A DNA stretch of 64,000 bases, taken from contig CAMTWQ010000014.1 in NCBI GenBank assembly GCA_947085465.1, forward strand, positions 3,904 to 67,903. Direction: 5' to 3'. Source of the stretch: an uncultured Alphaproteobacteria bacterium. GTDB taxonomy: Bacteria > Pseudomonadota > Alphaproteobacteria > UBA11222. Each line of letters opens with the position of its first letter. The stretch's first letter is position 1. The notes under the pieces were generated by a model. It was not told the DNA's origin. It saw only the letters and a list, made by a program, of their open reading frames with translations, and ran no database searches. Positions 27,136 through 36,557 of this stretch are shown here, one piece after another. The position numbers were made by a program, and so were the translations under genes.

Positions 27136-27699
27136 ATGCATGTGTTAACTAAATTATCTCTCGATCTCGGCCCGCTGGCGGTTTTTTTCGCGGCCAACGC
27201 CCTATACGGAATATTTCCGGCGACCGCCGCCTTCATGGTGGCTATTGTGGCGTCACTCATAGCCACCTGGATTTTATCGCGCGAAATTCCACCAATGCCG
27301 CTAATCACGGCGGTGTTTGTTTTGGTGTTTGGCGGATTGACCCTGTATCTCAACAATGATCTGTTCATCAAGTTGAAGCCGACCATCGTCAACACCCTGT
27401 TTGCGGGAATACTTTTTACCGGTCTGGCGCTGCGTCAATCATTGTTAAAACCATTGCTGCAATCGGTGATGGAGCTGAATGATGAGGGCTGGCGGCTTAT
27501 GACCTGGCGCTGGGCCTGTTTTTTTGTTGCATTGGCCATTCTGAACGAAATTGTGTGGCGTAATTTTTCCACCGATTTCTGGATTAGTTTTAAGTTATTT
27601 GGGACCTTACCCATCAGCATCATCTTTGGCGCCATGCAGATCGGTTTGATGCGCCGCCATGCGCTGGAACCAGAAGCGCCCGCAGAAAGCGCGGACTAA
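27136..27699 (+). CDS. yciB: septation protein A (YciB/IspZ family)
   Basis: KLSLDLGPLAVFFAAN start, five TM helices and about 187 aa. Start at the ATG at 27136; the track ORF starts at 27088. Confidence 0.75.
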   Translation: MHVLTKLSLDLGPLAVFFAANALYGIFPATAAFMVAIVASLIATWILSREIPPMPLITAVFVLVFGGLTLYLNNDLFIKLKPTIVNTLFAGILFTGLALRQSLLKPLLQSVMELNDEGWRLMTWRWACFFVALAILNEIVWRNFSTDFWISFKLFGTLPISIIFGAMQIGLMRRHALEPEAPAESAD

Positions 27700-27707
27700 C
27701 CGCCACG

Positions 27708-27878
27708 ATGCTAAAGCCGCGAACCTGGCTGTTGATTGCCGCGCTGAATGTCCTGCTTGCGGTTGCAGCGGGGGCGTTCGGAGCGCACGGGCTTGAGGGG
27801 CGCGCGCCGCCCGCTGATTTGGCGGTGTTTCGCACCGCCGCCCAGTATCACATGTACCACGCCCTAGAGCGTTTTTAG
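27708..27878 (+). pseudogene. DUF423 (YgdD/TMEM256-like) membrane protein gene, truncated after about 53 codons by the repeat cluster
   Basis: Hand translation gives MLKPRTWLLIAALNVLLAVAAGAFGAHGLEGRAPPADLAVFRTAAQYHMYHAL then ERF-stop. The GAFGAHGL...YHxxHAL pattern is the N-terminal half of DUF423 proteins (about 120 aa). Similarity ends exactly at CTAGAGC of repeat F, and no C-terminal half follows. Confidence 0.7.
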
Positions 27879-28109
27879 GAAAACCCGGACCGGGTTTTCC
27901 GGCCAGAAACGTGGCCAGATATAAAACTAGAGCATTTTCAGCCCATTTCAAAACGCTCTGGCTTTTATTCACCCGCATTTCTTGGCGCCTTCGCGGAGTC
28001 ACGTGACTCCGCGAAGGCTGAAAATGCTCTAGATTTTAATGTGTTAGAGCAGCTTTCCGCGATTAAGTGGGGGCACTTCGTTACTCCACTTAATCGCGGG
28101 CTGCTCTAG
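27864..28109. repeat. mosaic hairpin-repeat cluster: unit F (27864-27930) + unit E with 46-nt arm insert (27927-28032) + linker ATTTTAATGTGT + unit A (28045-28109)
   Basis: The F-E part recurs inverted at 39327-39496. The A part matches 1659-1722, 11702-11765 and 46031-46095. Confidence 0.9.
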
Positions 28110-28116
28110 GCTGCGT

Positions 28117-28872
28117 TTACGGGCTTAACGCGGCGGTCAGCGCCAGCAGCACCCCGATCTCGGAGATTTGCTGAATGCCGCCAAAAACCCCGGGCGGGGC
28201 GGCGCCCTGACGGGAGGCAATCAGCGCCATGGCCCCGCCGCTGAGGGCTGCGCTAAGCACAGCCATGATTGCAATATTAAACGGCAGCGCCACCAGGCAG
28301 ATCAGCAAAGCAATTATCGCCGCCGCCAACGCATGTTCCGGTTCGGGCTGCTTTGTCGTGTGCGGCCGTAGCGCCGAGGCCGCATACATGGCGGCGTATG
28401 ATAATGCCCCCGCAGCTATCAGCGCGGCGAACACCCTTCCTGGATTACCTAGCTCAGCAATGGCGCCAGCCCGCAGCAACAGCGAAAACAGCAGCGCTAG
28501 AACACTCAATGGGTTTAGCTGGCTGGCGCCGTCTGGCCTGGGTTCCGCACCACCAATAACCTCTGCCATCACGCATAGGGCTTTCTCATGCATCGCGCCG
28601 GTGACCAGAACGCAAGTGAGCACGCTAAGCAGGCCGGCCAGAAATGGCGATAAGCCAAACACCAGCCAAAGCCAATACATGCTGCCAGCAAGGGCGCCCA
28701 CAAATGCGCCAACCACCGGTGAAAGCCGCAATGCCTTGGTGACGGCTTCTGATCCCATGCTTTCCGGGGGTGGCAGCGGCAGGCGGGTCAGGCAGGCAAA
28801 TGCAATGCGCACATCATCACGCCACGCGGGTGCGGTATGCGGTGGCGCTCCGCCGGGCGAATGCGAATCCAT
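28117..28872 (-). CDS. cobS: adenosylcobinamide-GDP ribazoletransferase (cobalamin synthase)
   Basis: AFACLTRLPLP motif and a polytopic membrane protein of about 250 aa, divergent from cobT. Start at the ATG at 28872; the track ORF starts at 28938. Confidence 0.8.
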   Translation of the reverse strand: MDSHSPGGAPPHTAPAWRDDVRIAFACLTRLPLPPPESMGSEAVTKALRLSPVVGAFVGALAGSMYWLWLVFGLSPFLAGLLSVLTCVLVTGAMHEKALCVMAEVIGGAEPRPDGASQLNPLSVLALLFSLLLRAGAIAELGNPGRVFAALIAAGALSYAAMYAASALRPHTTKQPEPEHALAAAIIALLICLVALPFNIAIMAVLSAALSGGAMALIASRQGAAPPGVFGGIQQISEIGVLLALTAALSP

Positions 28873-28941
28873 ATGAATTTCTTCTATTTTCTTGCTACGC
28901 ATGTGAGATAAGCCGGTGATTGGCAAAGATGGAAGCAAAAA

Positions 28942-29955
28942 ATGCCTGTTTCGATTAGCGGATTACCGTTTGATGATATTCGTGGCCTGTTGCGGGATAT
29001 GCCGGGCCAGGACAGCAATGCGCTGGATCGCGTGCGGGCGCGTAACCTGCTGCTGTGCAAGCCCGCCGGATCGCTTGGGCGGTTGGAGGAAATCGCCGAA
29101 TGGCTGGCGGCCTGGCAGGGGCGGCATCCACCGGCGGTGCTGCGGCCAGAAGTGGCGATATTTGCCGCCAATCATGGGGTGGCGCGGCGCGGCGCGTCCA
29201 GTTATCCGGTCTCATTGACGCACCAGATGGTGGCGTGTTTTGCCGCAGGAGGCGCGGCGGTTAATCAGCTCTGCCTGCTGGCGGGTGCGGGTTTGAAGGT
29301 ATTCGATCTGGCGCTCGACGCGCCAACCCCCGACATCTGCGAAGCCGCCGCCATGAGCGAGGCGGATTGCGCCGCCACCATCGCGTTTGGTATGGAGGCG
29401 TTGGCTGGCGGCGCGGATTTGCTGTGCATCGGCGAGACAGGGGCGGGTAACTCCACCGTGGCGGCGGCAGTGTGCTGCGCGCTGTTTGGCGGCGGCCCTG
29501 AAGACTGGGTAAGCGGGGGAGATGCGGCGGTAGCGCTCAAGCTTGAAGCCGTGCGCGCGGCGATGAGCTTCCACGCATCGCATCTGTCCGATCCGCTGGA
29601 AGTGTTGCGCCGGGTTGGCGGGCGGGAAATTGCAGCCATCGCTGGCGCCATTCTGGCGGCGCGCATACAGCGCATTCCGGTGCTGCTTGACGGGTTTGTA
29701 GTTGGGTCTGCTGCGGCGGTGCTGCATTGTTTGCACCCAGGCGCGCTGGATCATTGCCTGGCGGCGCACGTCTCGCCGGAAGCGGCACATGGGCGGCTGC
29801 TGGAACGGCTCGGCCTGAAGCCGTTACTGGATATTGGCATAAGCCTGGGGGAAGGCGCAGGCGCGGCGCTGGCGATTTCCATGGTTCGGGCTGCGGCATC
29901 CATACACTCGGGCATGGCGACATTTGAACAAGCCGGATTTAGCCAGCCGGTGTAA
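28942..29955 (+). CDS. cobT: nicotinate-nucleotide--dimethylbenzimidazole phosphoribosyltransferase
   Basis: KPAGSLGRLEEIA, VAIFAANHGV, IGETGAGNST and GEGAGAAL motifs. Confidence 0.9.
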   Translation: MPVSISGLPFDDIRGLLRDMPGQDSNALDRVRARNLLLCKPAGSLGRLEEIAEWLAAWQGRHPPAVLRPEVAIFAANHGVARRGASSYPVSLTHQMVACFAAGGAAVNQLCLLAGAGLKVFDLALDAPTPDICEAAAMSEADCAATIAFGMEALAGGADLLCIGETGAGNSTVAAAVCCALFGGGPEDWVSGGDAAVALKLEAVRAAMSFHASHLSDPLEVLRRVGGREIAAIAGAILAARIQRIPVLLDGFVVGSAAAVLHCLHPGALDHCLAAHVSPEAAHGRLLERLGLKPLLDIGISLGEGAGAALAISMVRAAASIHSGMATFEQAGFSQPV

Positions 29956-30061
29956 GCAGCACTTTCCTTTCACAGGGTGGCGAACGCCTGGCAGCAGGGT
30001 TGAATAAAACGGCCTTCGGACATACACTTTCGCGCCGGATAGACTGATCAGGGAAACTCCG

Positions 30062-31255
30062 ATGGACCTCAAATTTACCCCGGAGGAAATCGCGTTCCGG
30101 GACGAAGTGCGCGCTTTCATCGCTGAGAATTATCCAGCGCGATTGCGTGGCCGCCGTCCCATTGAGCGCGAGCTAAGCAAAGAAGAGTATTTATCCTGGC
30201 ACAAGATTTTAGCGGCAAAAAGCTGGGTGGCGCCGTCCTGGCCGGTGGAATACGGCGGCACGAACTGGACTCCTGCACAGAAATATATTTTCAATAATGA
30301 ACTGGCGCGCGCCAACACGATTCCACTGATCGCATTTGGTTTGAGAATGGTTTCGCCGGTGATCATGACCTATGGTTCTCAGGCGCAGAAGGATTTTTAC
30401 CTGCCACGCATTTATCACGGCGTTGATTGGTGGTGTCAGGGCTATTCCGAACCTGGCGCTGGTTCCGATCTGGCCAGCCTGCGCACCAGGGCGGTGCGCG
30501 ACGGGGATCATTATCTAGTCAATGGCCACAAAACCTGGACGACGCTGGCGCAACATGCGGACATGATGTTTTGTCTTGTGCGCACCGATGTGGAAGCCAA
30601 ACCGCAATCAGGGATTTCATTTCTTTTGATTGATTTGAAAACGCCGGGGATCAGCGTGCGCCCGATTATCACGATTGATGGCTCGCGCGAAGTGAATGAA
30701 GTTTTCTTTGAAGATGTGCGCGTTCCGGTCAGCAATCGCATTGGCGAGGAAAATCACGGTTGGACCTACGCCAAGGTCGTGCTTGGCCATGAACGCAGCG
30801 GCATTGCAGGTGTCGCGCGAGCCAAACAGCAGGTGGCGCGGCTGAAACAACTGGCTGAGCGCGAACTTGAGGGCGCCCGCCCATTGATTGATGACGCGGA
30901 TTTTGCGCATAAGCTGGCGGCGCTTGAAGTTGACTTGCTGGCGCTTGAGTTTACCGAGTTGCGCACCTTGGCGGGGGAAAGCTCAGGCAAGGGGCCGGGA
31001 CCGGAAAGCTCGGTCCTGAAAATTAAAGGCACGGAGGCGCAGCAGCGCATCACCGAACTGCTGCTTGAGGCCGCAGGTATTTATGGCGCGCCATATTTGC
31101 GCGGCATGATTTTCGATGGGGAAAATTTTCCCGGCGCGCCGTTTGAGAGCGCCAGTATCGCGCCGGAATATTTTAACATGCGCAAAACCTCGATCTATGG
31201 CGGGTCAAACGAGATTCAACGCAATATCATCGCCAAGGCGGTTTTAGGCTTATAG
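30062..31255 (+). CDS. acyl-CoA dehydrogenase family protein
   Basis: WCQGYSEPGAGSDLASL and the C-terminal SIYGGSNEIQRNIIAK. Confidence 0.88.
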   Translation: MDLKFTPEEIAFRDEVRAFIAENYPARLRGRRPIERELSKEEYLSWHKILAAKSWVAPSWPVEYGGTNWTPAQKYIFNNELARANTIPLIAFGLRMVSPVIMTYGSQAQKDFYLPRIYHGVDWWCQGYSEPGAGSDLASLRTRAVRDGDHYLVNGHKTWTTLAQHADMMFCLVRTDVEAKPQSGISFLLIDLKTPGISVRPIITIDGSREVNEVFFEDVRVPVSNRIGEENHGWTYAKVVLGHERSGIAGVARAKQQVARLKQLAERELEGARPLIDDADFAHKLAALEVDLLALEFTELRTLAGESSGKGPGPESSVLKIKGTEAQQRITELLLEAAGIYGAPYLRGMIFDGENFPGAPFESASIAPEYFNMRKTSIYGGSNEIQRNIIAKAVLGL

Positions 31256-31281
31256 GCGCAATCGTATAATAAGGAATCGTC

Positions 31282-32412
31282 ATGGACTTTACATTTTCAG
31301 AAGAACAGATTTTGCTGCGTAACAGTGTGCAGCGTTTTATTCAGGATCGTTATTCTTTTGAGTCGCGCAAAGCCATTGTCGCTTCCGAAAGCGGCTGGAG
31401 CCGCGAGAATTGGCGTGCGTTTGCGGAACTGGGGCTGCTTGCGGCGCCGTTTGCCGAGGAATATGGCGGCTTTGGCGGCGGCGCCATTGAAACCATGATC
31501 ATCATGGAAGAGTTCGGCAAGGGGCTGGTGGTTGAGCCGTATCTGCAAACCGTGGTGCTGTGCGGCGGCTTGCTTGATCTGGGCGGAAGTGCTGCGCAAA
31601 AAGCGGCGCACTTGCCGAAAATCGCCAGCGGCGAGCTGATCATGGCCATGGCCTATGCGGAACCGCAGGGCCGTTTCAATCTTGCCGATATCGTCACCAG
31701 GGCGGAAAAAACGGGCGGCGGGTATGTGATTAATGGCCACAAGGCGGTGGTGGCCGCTGCTCCGTGGGCGGATAAATTCCTGGTAACGGCGCGCACCTCA
31801 GGCGCGCAGCGTGACAAAGCAGGCGTTTCGGTTTTTCTCGTGAACAAGAATGCGCCGGGCGTTTCCACCCGTGATTATCCAACCATCGATGCTCAACGCG
31901 CCTCGGAAATCACCTTTGATAATGTCAGTGTTAACCACAATGCGCTGATCGGGCATGAGGGAGCTGCGTTGCCGGTGATCGAGGCGGCGGTCGACCGCGC
32001 CATTGCCGCGGTGTGCGCGGAAGCGGTTGGCTGCATGCGGGTGCTGAACGCGGCGACAGTGGAATATTGTAAAACTCGCAAACAATTCGGCCAGCCGATC
32101 AGTAATTTTCAGGTATTGCAACACCGCATGGTGGATATGTTCATGGAATGCGAACAATCGATTTCCATGACCTATATGGTCAACATGAAACTGGATGAAG
32201 GCGAGCGGGAGCGCGTCAAGGCGGCAAGCGCCGCCAAGGCGCAGATCGGCAAGGCGGGGCGTTTTGTCGGCCAGCAAGCCATTCAATTGCATGGCGGCAT
32301 GGGCATGACCGATGAACTGAATATAGGGCATTATTTCAAACGCCTGACCATGATTGACGCGCTATTCGGCAATGTGGATTATCAACTAAAGCGCTTTGCG
32401 GCGGCGGGTTGA
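31282..32412 (+). CDS. acyl-CoA dehydrogenase family protein (second subunit-like)
   Basis: ACAD fold (FAEEYGGFGGG, QLHGGMGMTDE), but the C-terminal motif reads FGNVDYQLKR. Confidence 0.85.
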   Translation: MDFTFSEEQILLRNSVQRFIQDRYSFESRKAIVASESGWSRENWRAFAELGLLAAPFAEEYGGFGGGAIETMIIMEEFGKGLVVEPYLQTVVLCGGLLDLGGSAAQKAAHLPKIASGELIMAMAYAEPQGRFNLADIVTRAEKTGGGYVINGHKAVVAAAPWADKFLVTARTSGAQRDKAGVSVFLVNKNAPGVSTRDYPTIDAQRASEITFDNVSVNHNALIGHEGAALPVIEAAVDRAIAAVCAEAVGCMRVLNAATVEYCKTRKQFGQPISNFQVLQHRMVDMFMECEQSISMTYMVNMKLDEGERERVKAASAAKAQIGKAGRFVGQQAIQLHGGMGMTDELNIGHYFKRLTMIDALFGNVDYQLKRFAAAG

Positions 32413-33341
32413 TGAGCACGGCGCTTGTAACCCATCCCGATTGCCTGCGGCATGAATTACCCCCCGGACATCCGGAATCCGCAGACCGGCTGCGCGCGGT
32501 GCTGAAGGCGTTGGAGGCGGAAGCGTTTTCATCCCTGCTGCGGGTGCGGGCGCCGAAAGCCACGCTGGAGCAATTGGCGGGCGTTCATCCTCGCCCATTT
32601 ATTGATGGGATTTTGCAGATGATCCCATCAGCCGGCCATGCCTATATCGATGGCGACACGCCCATATCGCCGGGTAGTGGCGATGCGGCGTTATATGCGG
32701 CGGGCGCCGTGGTGCGGGCCGTGGATATGGTGATGCAGGGCGAGGCGATGAACGCCTTTTGCGCCATTCGCCCGCCTGGCCATCATGCGCAAAGCAATCG
32801 GGCCATGGGATTCTGCCTGTTTAATAATGTCGCGGCCGGGGCGGCCTGGGCGCGGCGCCGCTGGGGGCTTACGCGGGTGGCGGTGGTTGATTTCGATGTT
32901 CATCACGGTAACGGCACCCAGGAAATTTTTGAGCGCAATGCGGATTTATTTTACGCCTCAACCCATCAGGCGCCGTTTTATCCTGGCACGGGGGCTGCAA
33001 GCGAAACCGGGATTGCGGGCAATATCGTCAATGCGCCGCTGCCCGCGGGCGCCGATGGCGCGGATTTTCGTGCTGCAATGCGTGAGCGGATTTTACCCGC
33101 CCTGGATGCGTTCCAACCAGAGTTGATCCTGATATCGGCGGGCTTTGATGCGCATTATAATGATCCGCTGGCGTCGCTCGCCCTGCATGAGGAGGATTTC
33201 GCCTGGGTTACGCGGGAAATTATGGCGCTTGCAGATACCCACTGTCTGGGCAGGGTGGTTTCCGCCCTCGAAGGGGGGTATGACTTGCATGCGCTCGCTT
33301 TAAGCGCCACCGCGCATGTGCGCGCCCTGATGGGCAAATAG
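32412..33341 (+). CDS. histone deacetylase-family amidohydrolase (AcuC/acetylpolyamine amidohydrolase-like)
   Basis: [18 protein letters not shown] and SAGFDAH zinc-deacetylase motifs. The ATG at 32412 overlaps the ACAD stop (TGATG). Confidence 0.88.
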   Translation: MSTALVTHPDCLRHELPPGHPESADRLRAVLKALEAEAFSSLLRVRAPKATLEQLAGVHPRPFIDGILQMIPSAGHAYIDGDTPISPGSGDAALYAAGAVVRAVDMVMQGEAMNAFCAIRPPGHHAQSNRAMGFCLFNNVAAGAAWARRRWGLTRVAVVDFDVHHGNGTQEIFERNADLFYASTHQAPFYPGTGAASETGIAGNIVNAPLPAGADGADFRAAMRERILPALDAFQPELILISAGFDAHYNDPLASLALHEEDFAWVTREIMALADTHCLGRVVSALEGGYDLHALALSATAHVRALMGK

Positions 33342-33354
33342 GAGGCGACATTTG

Positions 33355-33612
33355 ATGGTCAAGAAAGAACATGATAAAATTCCAGACGATATTCGCGCCA
33401 TGAGCTTTGAGGTGGCGCTGAAGGAACTGGAAGCCATCGTTGCGCGCCTGGAAGGCGGGCGCGTCGATCTGGAAGAATCCATTGGTATTTATGAACGCGG
33501 CAGTCAGCTAAAGGCGCATTGCGAGGCCAAGCTGCGCGATGCGGCGGCCAAGGTGGAAAAAATCGTGCTTTCCGCTGATGGGTCTGTCTCTACAACGCCC
33601 GCTAATATTTAA
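33355..33612 (+). CDS. xseB: exodeoxyribonuclease VII small subunit
   Basis: [20 protein letters not shown]...[11 protein letters not shown] pattern and xseB-ispA-dxs synteny. Confidence 0.88.
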   Translation: MVKKEHDKIPDDIRAMSFEVALKELEAIVARLEGGRVDLEESIGIYERGSQLKAHCEAKLRDAAAKVEKIVLSADGSVSTTPANI

Positions 33613-33632
33613 GGCCGCCGGTGGAATGAAAC

Positions 33633-34520
33633 ATGGCGTTATTTGAACAGGCGTTGCAACGCGCCGCAATCTCGATTGAGGAAAAGCTTGATCAGCTTTT
33701 GCCGAAACCGCAGGGCGCGGAGCAGCGGCTGCATGAAGCGATGCGTTACGCAGCGCTTGGCGGCGGCAAACGGCTGCGCCCATTTCTTGTGATTACAAGT
33801 GCTGATTTATTTGGCGTCAGTCATCTCTGCGCGCTGCGCGCGGCCGTTGCCGTTGAATGCGTGCATTGCTATTCGCTAGCGCATGATGACTTGCCCTGCA
33901 TGGACAATGACGACCTGCGGCGCGGCAAGCCATCGGCCCATAAACAGTTTGATGAGGCGTCCGCCGTGCTGGCGGGTGATGCGCTATTGACGCTGGCGTT
34001 TGAGATTCTCAGCGATCCGGAAACCCATGAAGATCCAAATGTGCGGTGTGAGTTGGTGCGCAGCCTGGCTGAGGCTGCTGGCTCACATGGCATGGCGGGC
34101 GGGCAGATGATTGATCTGGTGTCAGAGGGGCAAACACTCACCATTGGCGCCCTCACCCGCTTGCAACAGATGAAAACCGGCGCGCTGATTTCATTTTCTT
34201 GCGCCTCTGGCGCTATTTTGGGCCGCGCATCGCTGCCGCAACGGCAGGCGTTGCATGCCTATGCCCATGATCTTGGGCTGGCGTTTCAAATTGCCGATGA
34301 TCTGCTTGATCTGGAGGGTGCGGCGGAACAGCTTGGAAAGCAGCCTGGCAAGGACGCTGCTGCGGGAAAATCGACCTTCGTTTCACTGATTGGCCCGGAG
34401 CGAGCCCGGTCTCAGGCGAATTTCCTTGCGGATCAAGCTGTTAAGCATCTTGATTTATTTGATAAAAAGGCCGACCTTCTGCGGCAGGCGGCGCGGTTCG
34501 CGGTTGAGCGGCGCGTGTGA
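33633..34520 (+). CDS. ispA: (2E,6E)-farnesyl diphosphate synthase / polyprenyl synthetase
   Basis: First DDxxD motif in [18 protein letters not shown] and second in QIADDLLD. Confidence 0.88.
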   Translation: MALFEQALQRAAISIEEKLDQLLPKPQGAEQRLHEAMRYAALGGGKRLRPFLVITSADLFGVSHLCALRAAVAVECVHCYSLAHDDLPCMDNDDLRRGKPSAHKQFDEASAVLAGDALLTLAFEILSDPETHEDPNVRCELVRSLAEAAGSHGMAGGQMIDLVSEGQTLTIGALTRLQQMKTGALISFSCASGAILGRASLPQRQALHAYAHDLGLAFQIADDLLDLEGAAEQLGKQPGKDAAAGKSTFVSLIGPERARSQANFLADQAVKHLDLFDKKADLLRQAARFAVERRV

Positions 34521-34536
34521 TATAAATAAGCAAGGC

Positions 34537-36462
34537 ATGACCCAATCCATGAGCCGCACTCCGTTACTTGACCGTGTCCATATTCCTGCGGATATGAAGC
34601 CGCTAACCCGCGCGCAACTGCGTCAGCTGGCGGATGAATTGCGCGCTGAAACCATCGACGCCGTTTCGGTGACCGGCGGACATTTGGGCGCGGGCCTTGG
34701 GGTGGTTGAGTTGACCGTCGCGCTGCATTACGTCTTTAACACGCCAGTAGACCGTCTGGTGTGGGATGTCGGGCATCAGACCTATCCGCATAAAATTCTA
34801 ACAGGCCGGCGTGAAAAAATCCGCACCTTGCGGCAAGGCGGCGGGCTGTCGGGCTTCACCAAGCGCGCCGAGAGCGAATATGACACGTTTGGCGCCGCGC
34901 ACGCTTCCACCTCGATTTCTTCCGCGCTCGGCATGGCGGTAGCGCGCGATCTGAGCGGCGGCGCGCATAATGTGGTTGCGGTGATCGGCGATGGGGCGAT
35001 GAGCGCGGGCATGGCTTATGAAGCGATGAATAACGCCGGCGCGCGCAATAGCCGCTTGATTGTCGTGCTCAATGATAATGATATGTCGATTGCGCCGCCG
35101 GTTGGCGCGATGAGCGCCTATCTGGCGCGGCGGCTTTCCGGGCGGCGCTATCTGAATTTGCGGCAAACCGCAAAGCAGCTTGCGCATAAGATTTCCACGC
35201 GGCTGGAGCAGACTGCGCGCAAGGCGGAAGAATTTACCCGCGGCATGGCCACCGGCGGCACGTTGTTTGAGGAGTTGGGCTTTTATTATGTTGGGCCGGT
35301 TGACGGGCACAATCTTGAACATATGATTCCGGTTCTGGAAAATGTCCGTGACGCAACGCAAGGGCCGATCCTGGTGCATGTAGTGACGCAAAAGGGCAAG
35401 GGTTATCCGCCGGCCGAGGCGGCTGATGATAAATATCACGGGGTCAACAAATTCGATGTGGTTACCGGCGCGCAAAAAAAATCCGCGCCCAATGCGCCGC
35501 AATACACCCGCGTGTTCGCCGATTGCCTGATCAAGGAAGCGCAAAAGGATGACAAGATCGTGGCGATTACGGCGGCGATGCCTTCTGGCACCGGCCTTGA
35601 TCTGTTCGCCAGGGCGTTTCCCGGGCGGTGTTTTGATGTGGGCATTGCCGAACAGCATGGGGTGACATTCGCCGCAGGCCTCGCCGCCGAGGGCTTTAAG
35701 CCGTTTGCGGCGATCTATTCGACATTTCTGCAACGCGCCTATGATCAGGTGGTGCATGACGTGGCCATTCAGCGCTTGCCGGTGCGTTTCGCCATCGATA
35801 GGGCGGGGCTTGTCGGCGCCGATGGGCCGACGCACGCGGGTTCATTTGATATTGGCTATCTTAGCAGCCTGCCGGATTTTGTCGTTATGGCGGCGGCCGA
35901 CGAGGCCGAGCTGGCGCATATGGTGGCGACGGCGGCGGCGGTCAATGACCGGCCAAGCGCTTTTCGTTATCCGCGCGGCGAGGGAACCGGCGCTGAAATT
36001 CCCATGGCGGGGATACCCCTTGAAATAGGCCGTGGACGGATCATTCGCGAAGGTAACGGCGTTGCTATCTTGAACTTTGGCGCGCATATGAACGAGGCGT
36101 TGCAGGCGGCGAAGGATCTGGAGGCGCACGGCCTGTCGATCACACTGGCCGATGCGCGTTTCGCCAAGCCGCTCGATCATGCGCTGATCACCCGCCTGGC
36201 GCGCGAGCATGAGGTGCTGATCACGCTAGAGGAGGGGGCGATTGGCGGCTTCGCCTCGCAGGTGTTGCATTATCTGGCCATTAGCGGCCTGCTTGACAGG
36301 GGCTTGAAGGTGCGGCCGATGTGTTTGCCAGACCGTTTCCTTGATCACGACACGCCGGAAAAAATGTACGCGGCGGCCGGCCTCGATGCGCCGCATATCG
36401 TGGCGGCTGTGCTTGCCGCATTGGGCAGGGATGCGCGCATTACCGGCGTGCTGCGCGCCTGA
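34537..36462 (+). CDS. dxs: 1-deoxy-D-xylulose-5-phosphate synthase
   Basis: [13 protein letters not shown]...[21 protein letters not shown]...[16 protein letters not shown], and the TPP motif [15 protein letters not shown]. Start at the ATG at 34537. Confidence 0.93.
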   Translation: MTQSMSRTPLLDRVHIPADMKPLTRAQLRQLADELRAETIDAVSVTGGHLGAGLGVVELTVALHYVFNTPVDRLVWDVGHQTYPHKILTGRREKIRTLRQGGGLSGFTKRAESEYDTFGAAHASTSISSALGMAVARDLSGGAHNVVAVIGDGAMSAGMAYEAMNNAGARNSRLIVVLNDNDMSIAPPVGAMSAYLARRLSGRRYLNLRQTAKQLAHKISTRLEQTARKAEEFTRGMATGGTLFEELGFYYVGPVDGHNLEHMIPVLENVRDATQGPILVHVVTQKGKGYPPAEAADDKYHGVNKFDVVTGAQKKSAPNAPQYTRVFADCLIKEAQKDDKIVAITAAMPSGTGLDLFARAFPGRCFDVGIAEQHGVTFAAGLAAEGFKPFAAIYSTFLQRAYDQVVHDVAIQRLPVRFAIDRAGLVGADGPTHAGSFDIGYLSSLPDFVVMAAADEAELAHMVATAAAVNDRPSAFRYPRGEGTGAEIPMAGIPLEIGRGRIIREGNGVAILNFGAHMNEALQAAKDLEAHGLSITLADARFAKPLDHALITRLAREHEVLITLEEGAIGGFASQVLHYLAISGLLDRGLKVRPMCLPDRFLDHDTPEKMYAAAGLDAPHIVAAVLAALGRDARITGVLRA

Positions 36463-36557
36463 AGAAACGCTCGCAAAAACCTGGGCGCGACGCCACGCTC
36501 AAGCCGGTAGCCGCGACCATCCATGCGATTGGCGCACAGGGCGATGGCCTGGCCGAG

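Noticed and set aside
27607-28002. ORFs running through the repeat clusters (27607-28002, 39312-39590, 11825-12115, 12335-12541, 46077-46448).
   Set aside because: They are composed largely of palindromic repeat sequence, or of the tRNA gene in the case of 11825-12115. They have no coding signature or motifs.
28873-28941. Cobalamin riboswitch between the divergent cobS and cobT genes.
   Set aside because: The spacer is only 69 bp. That is too short for a B12 element, and no B12-box-like sequence is seen.
34798-35835. 345-aa ORF antisense to dxs. Similar long antisense or alternative-frame ORFs occur at 9226-9921, 25264-25869, 54907-55716, 22362-22988, 53170-53745, 29212-29790 and 31798-32331.
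   Set aside because: All lie entirely inside genes with strong family motifs on the other strand or frame. They are Arg/Ala/Gly/Pro-rich, as expected for open frames in GC-rich DNA, and carry no recognisable motifs.
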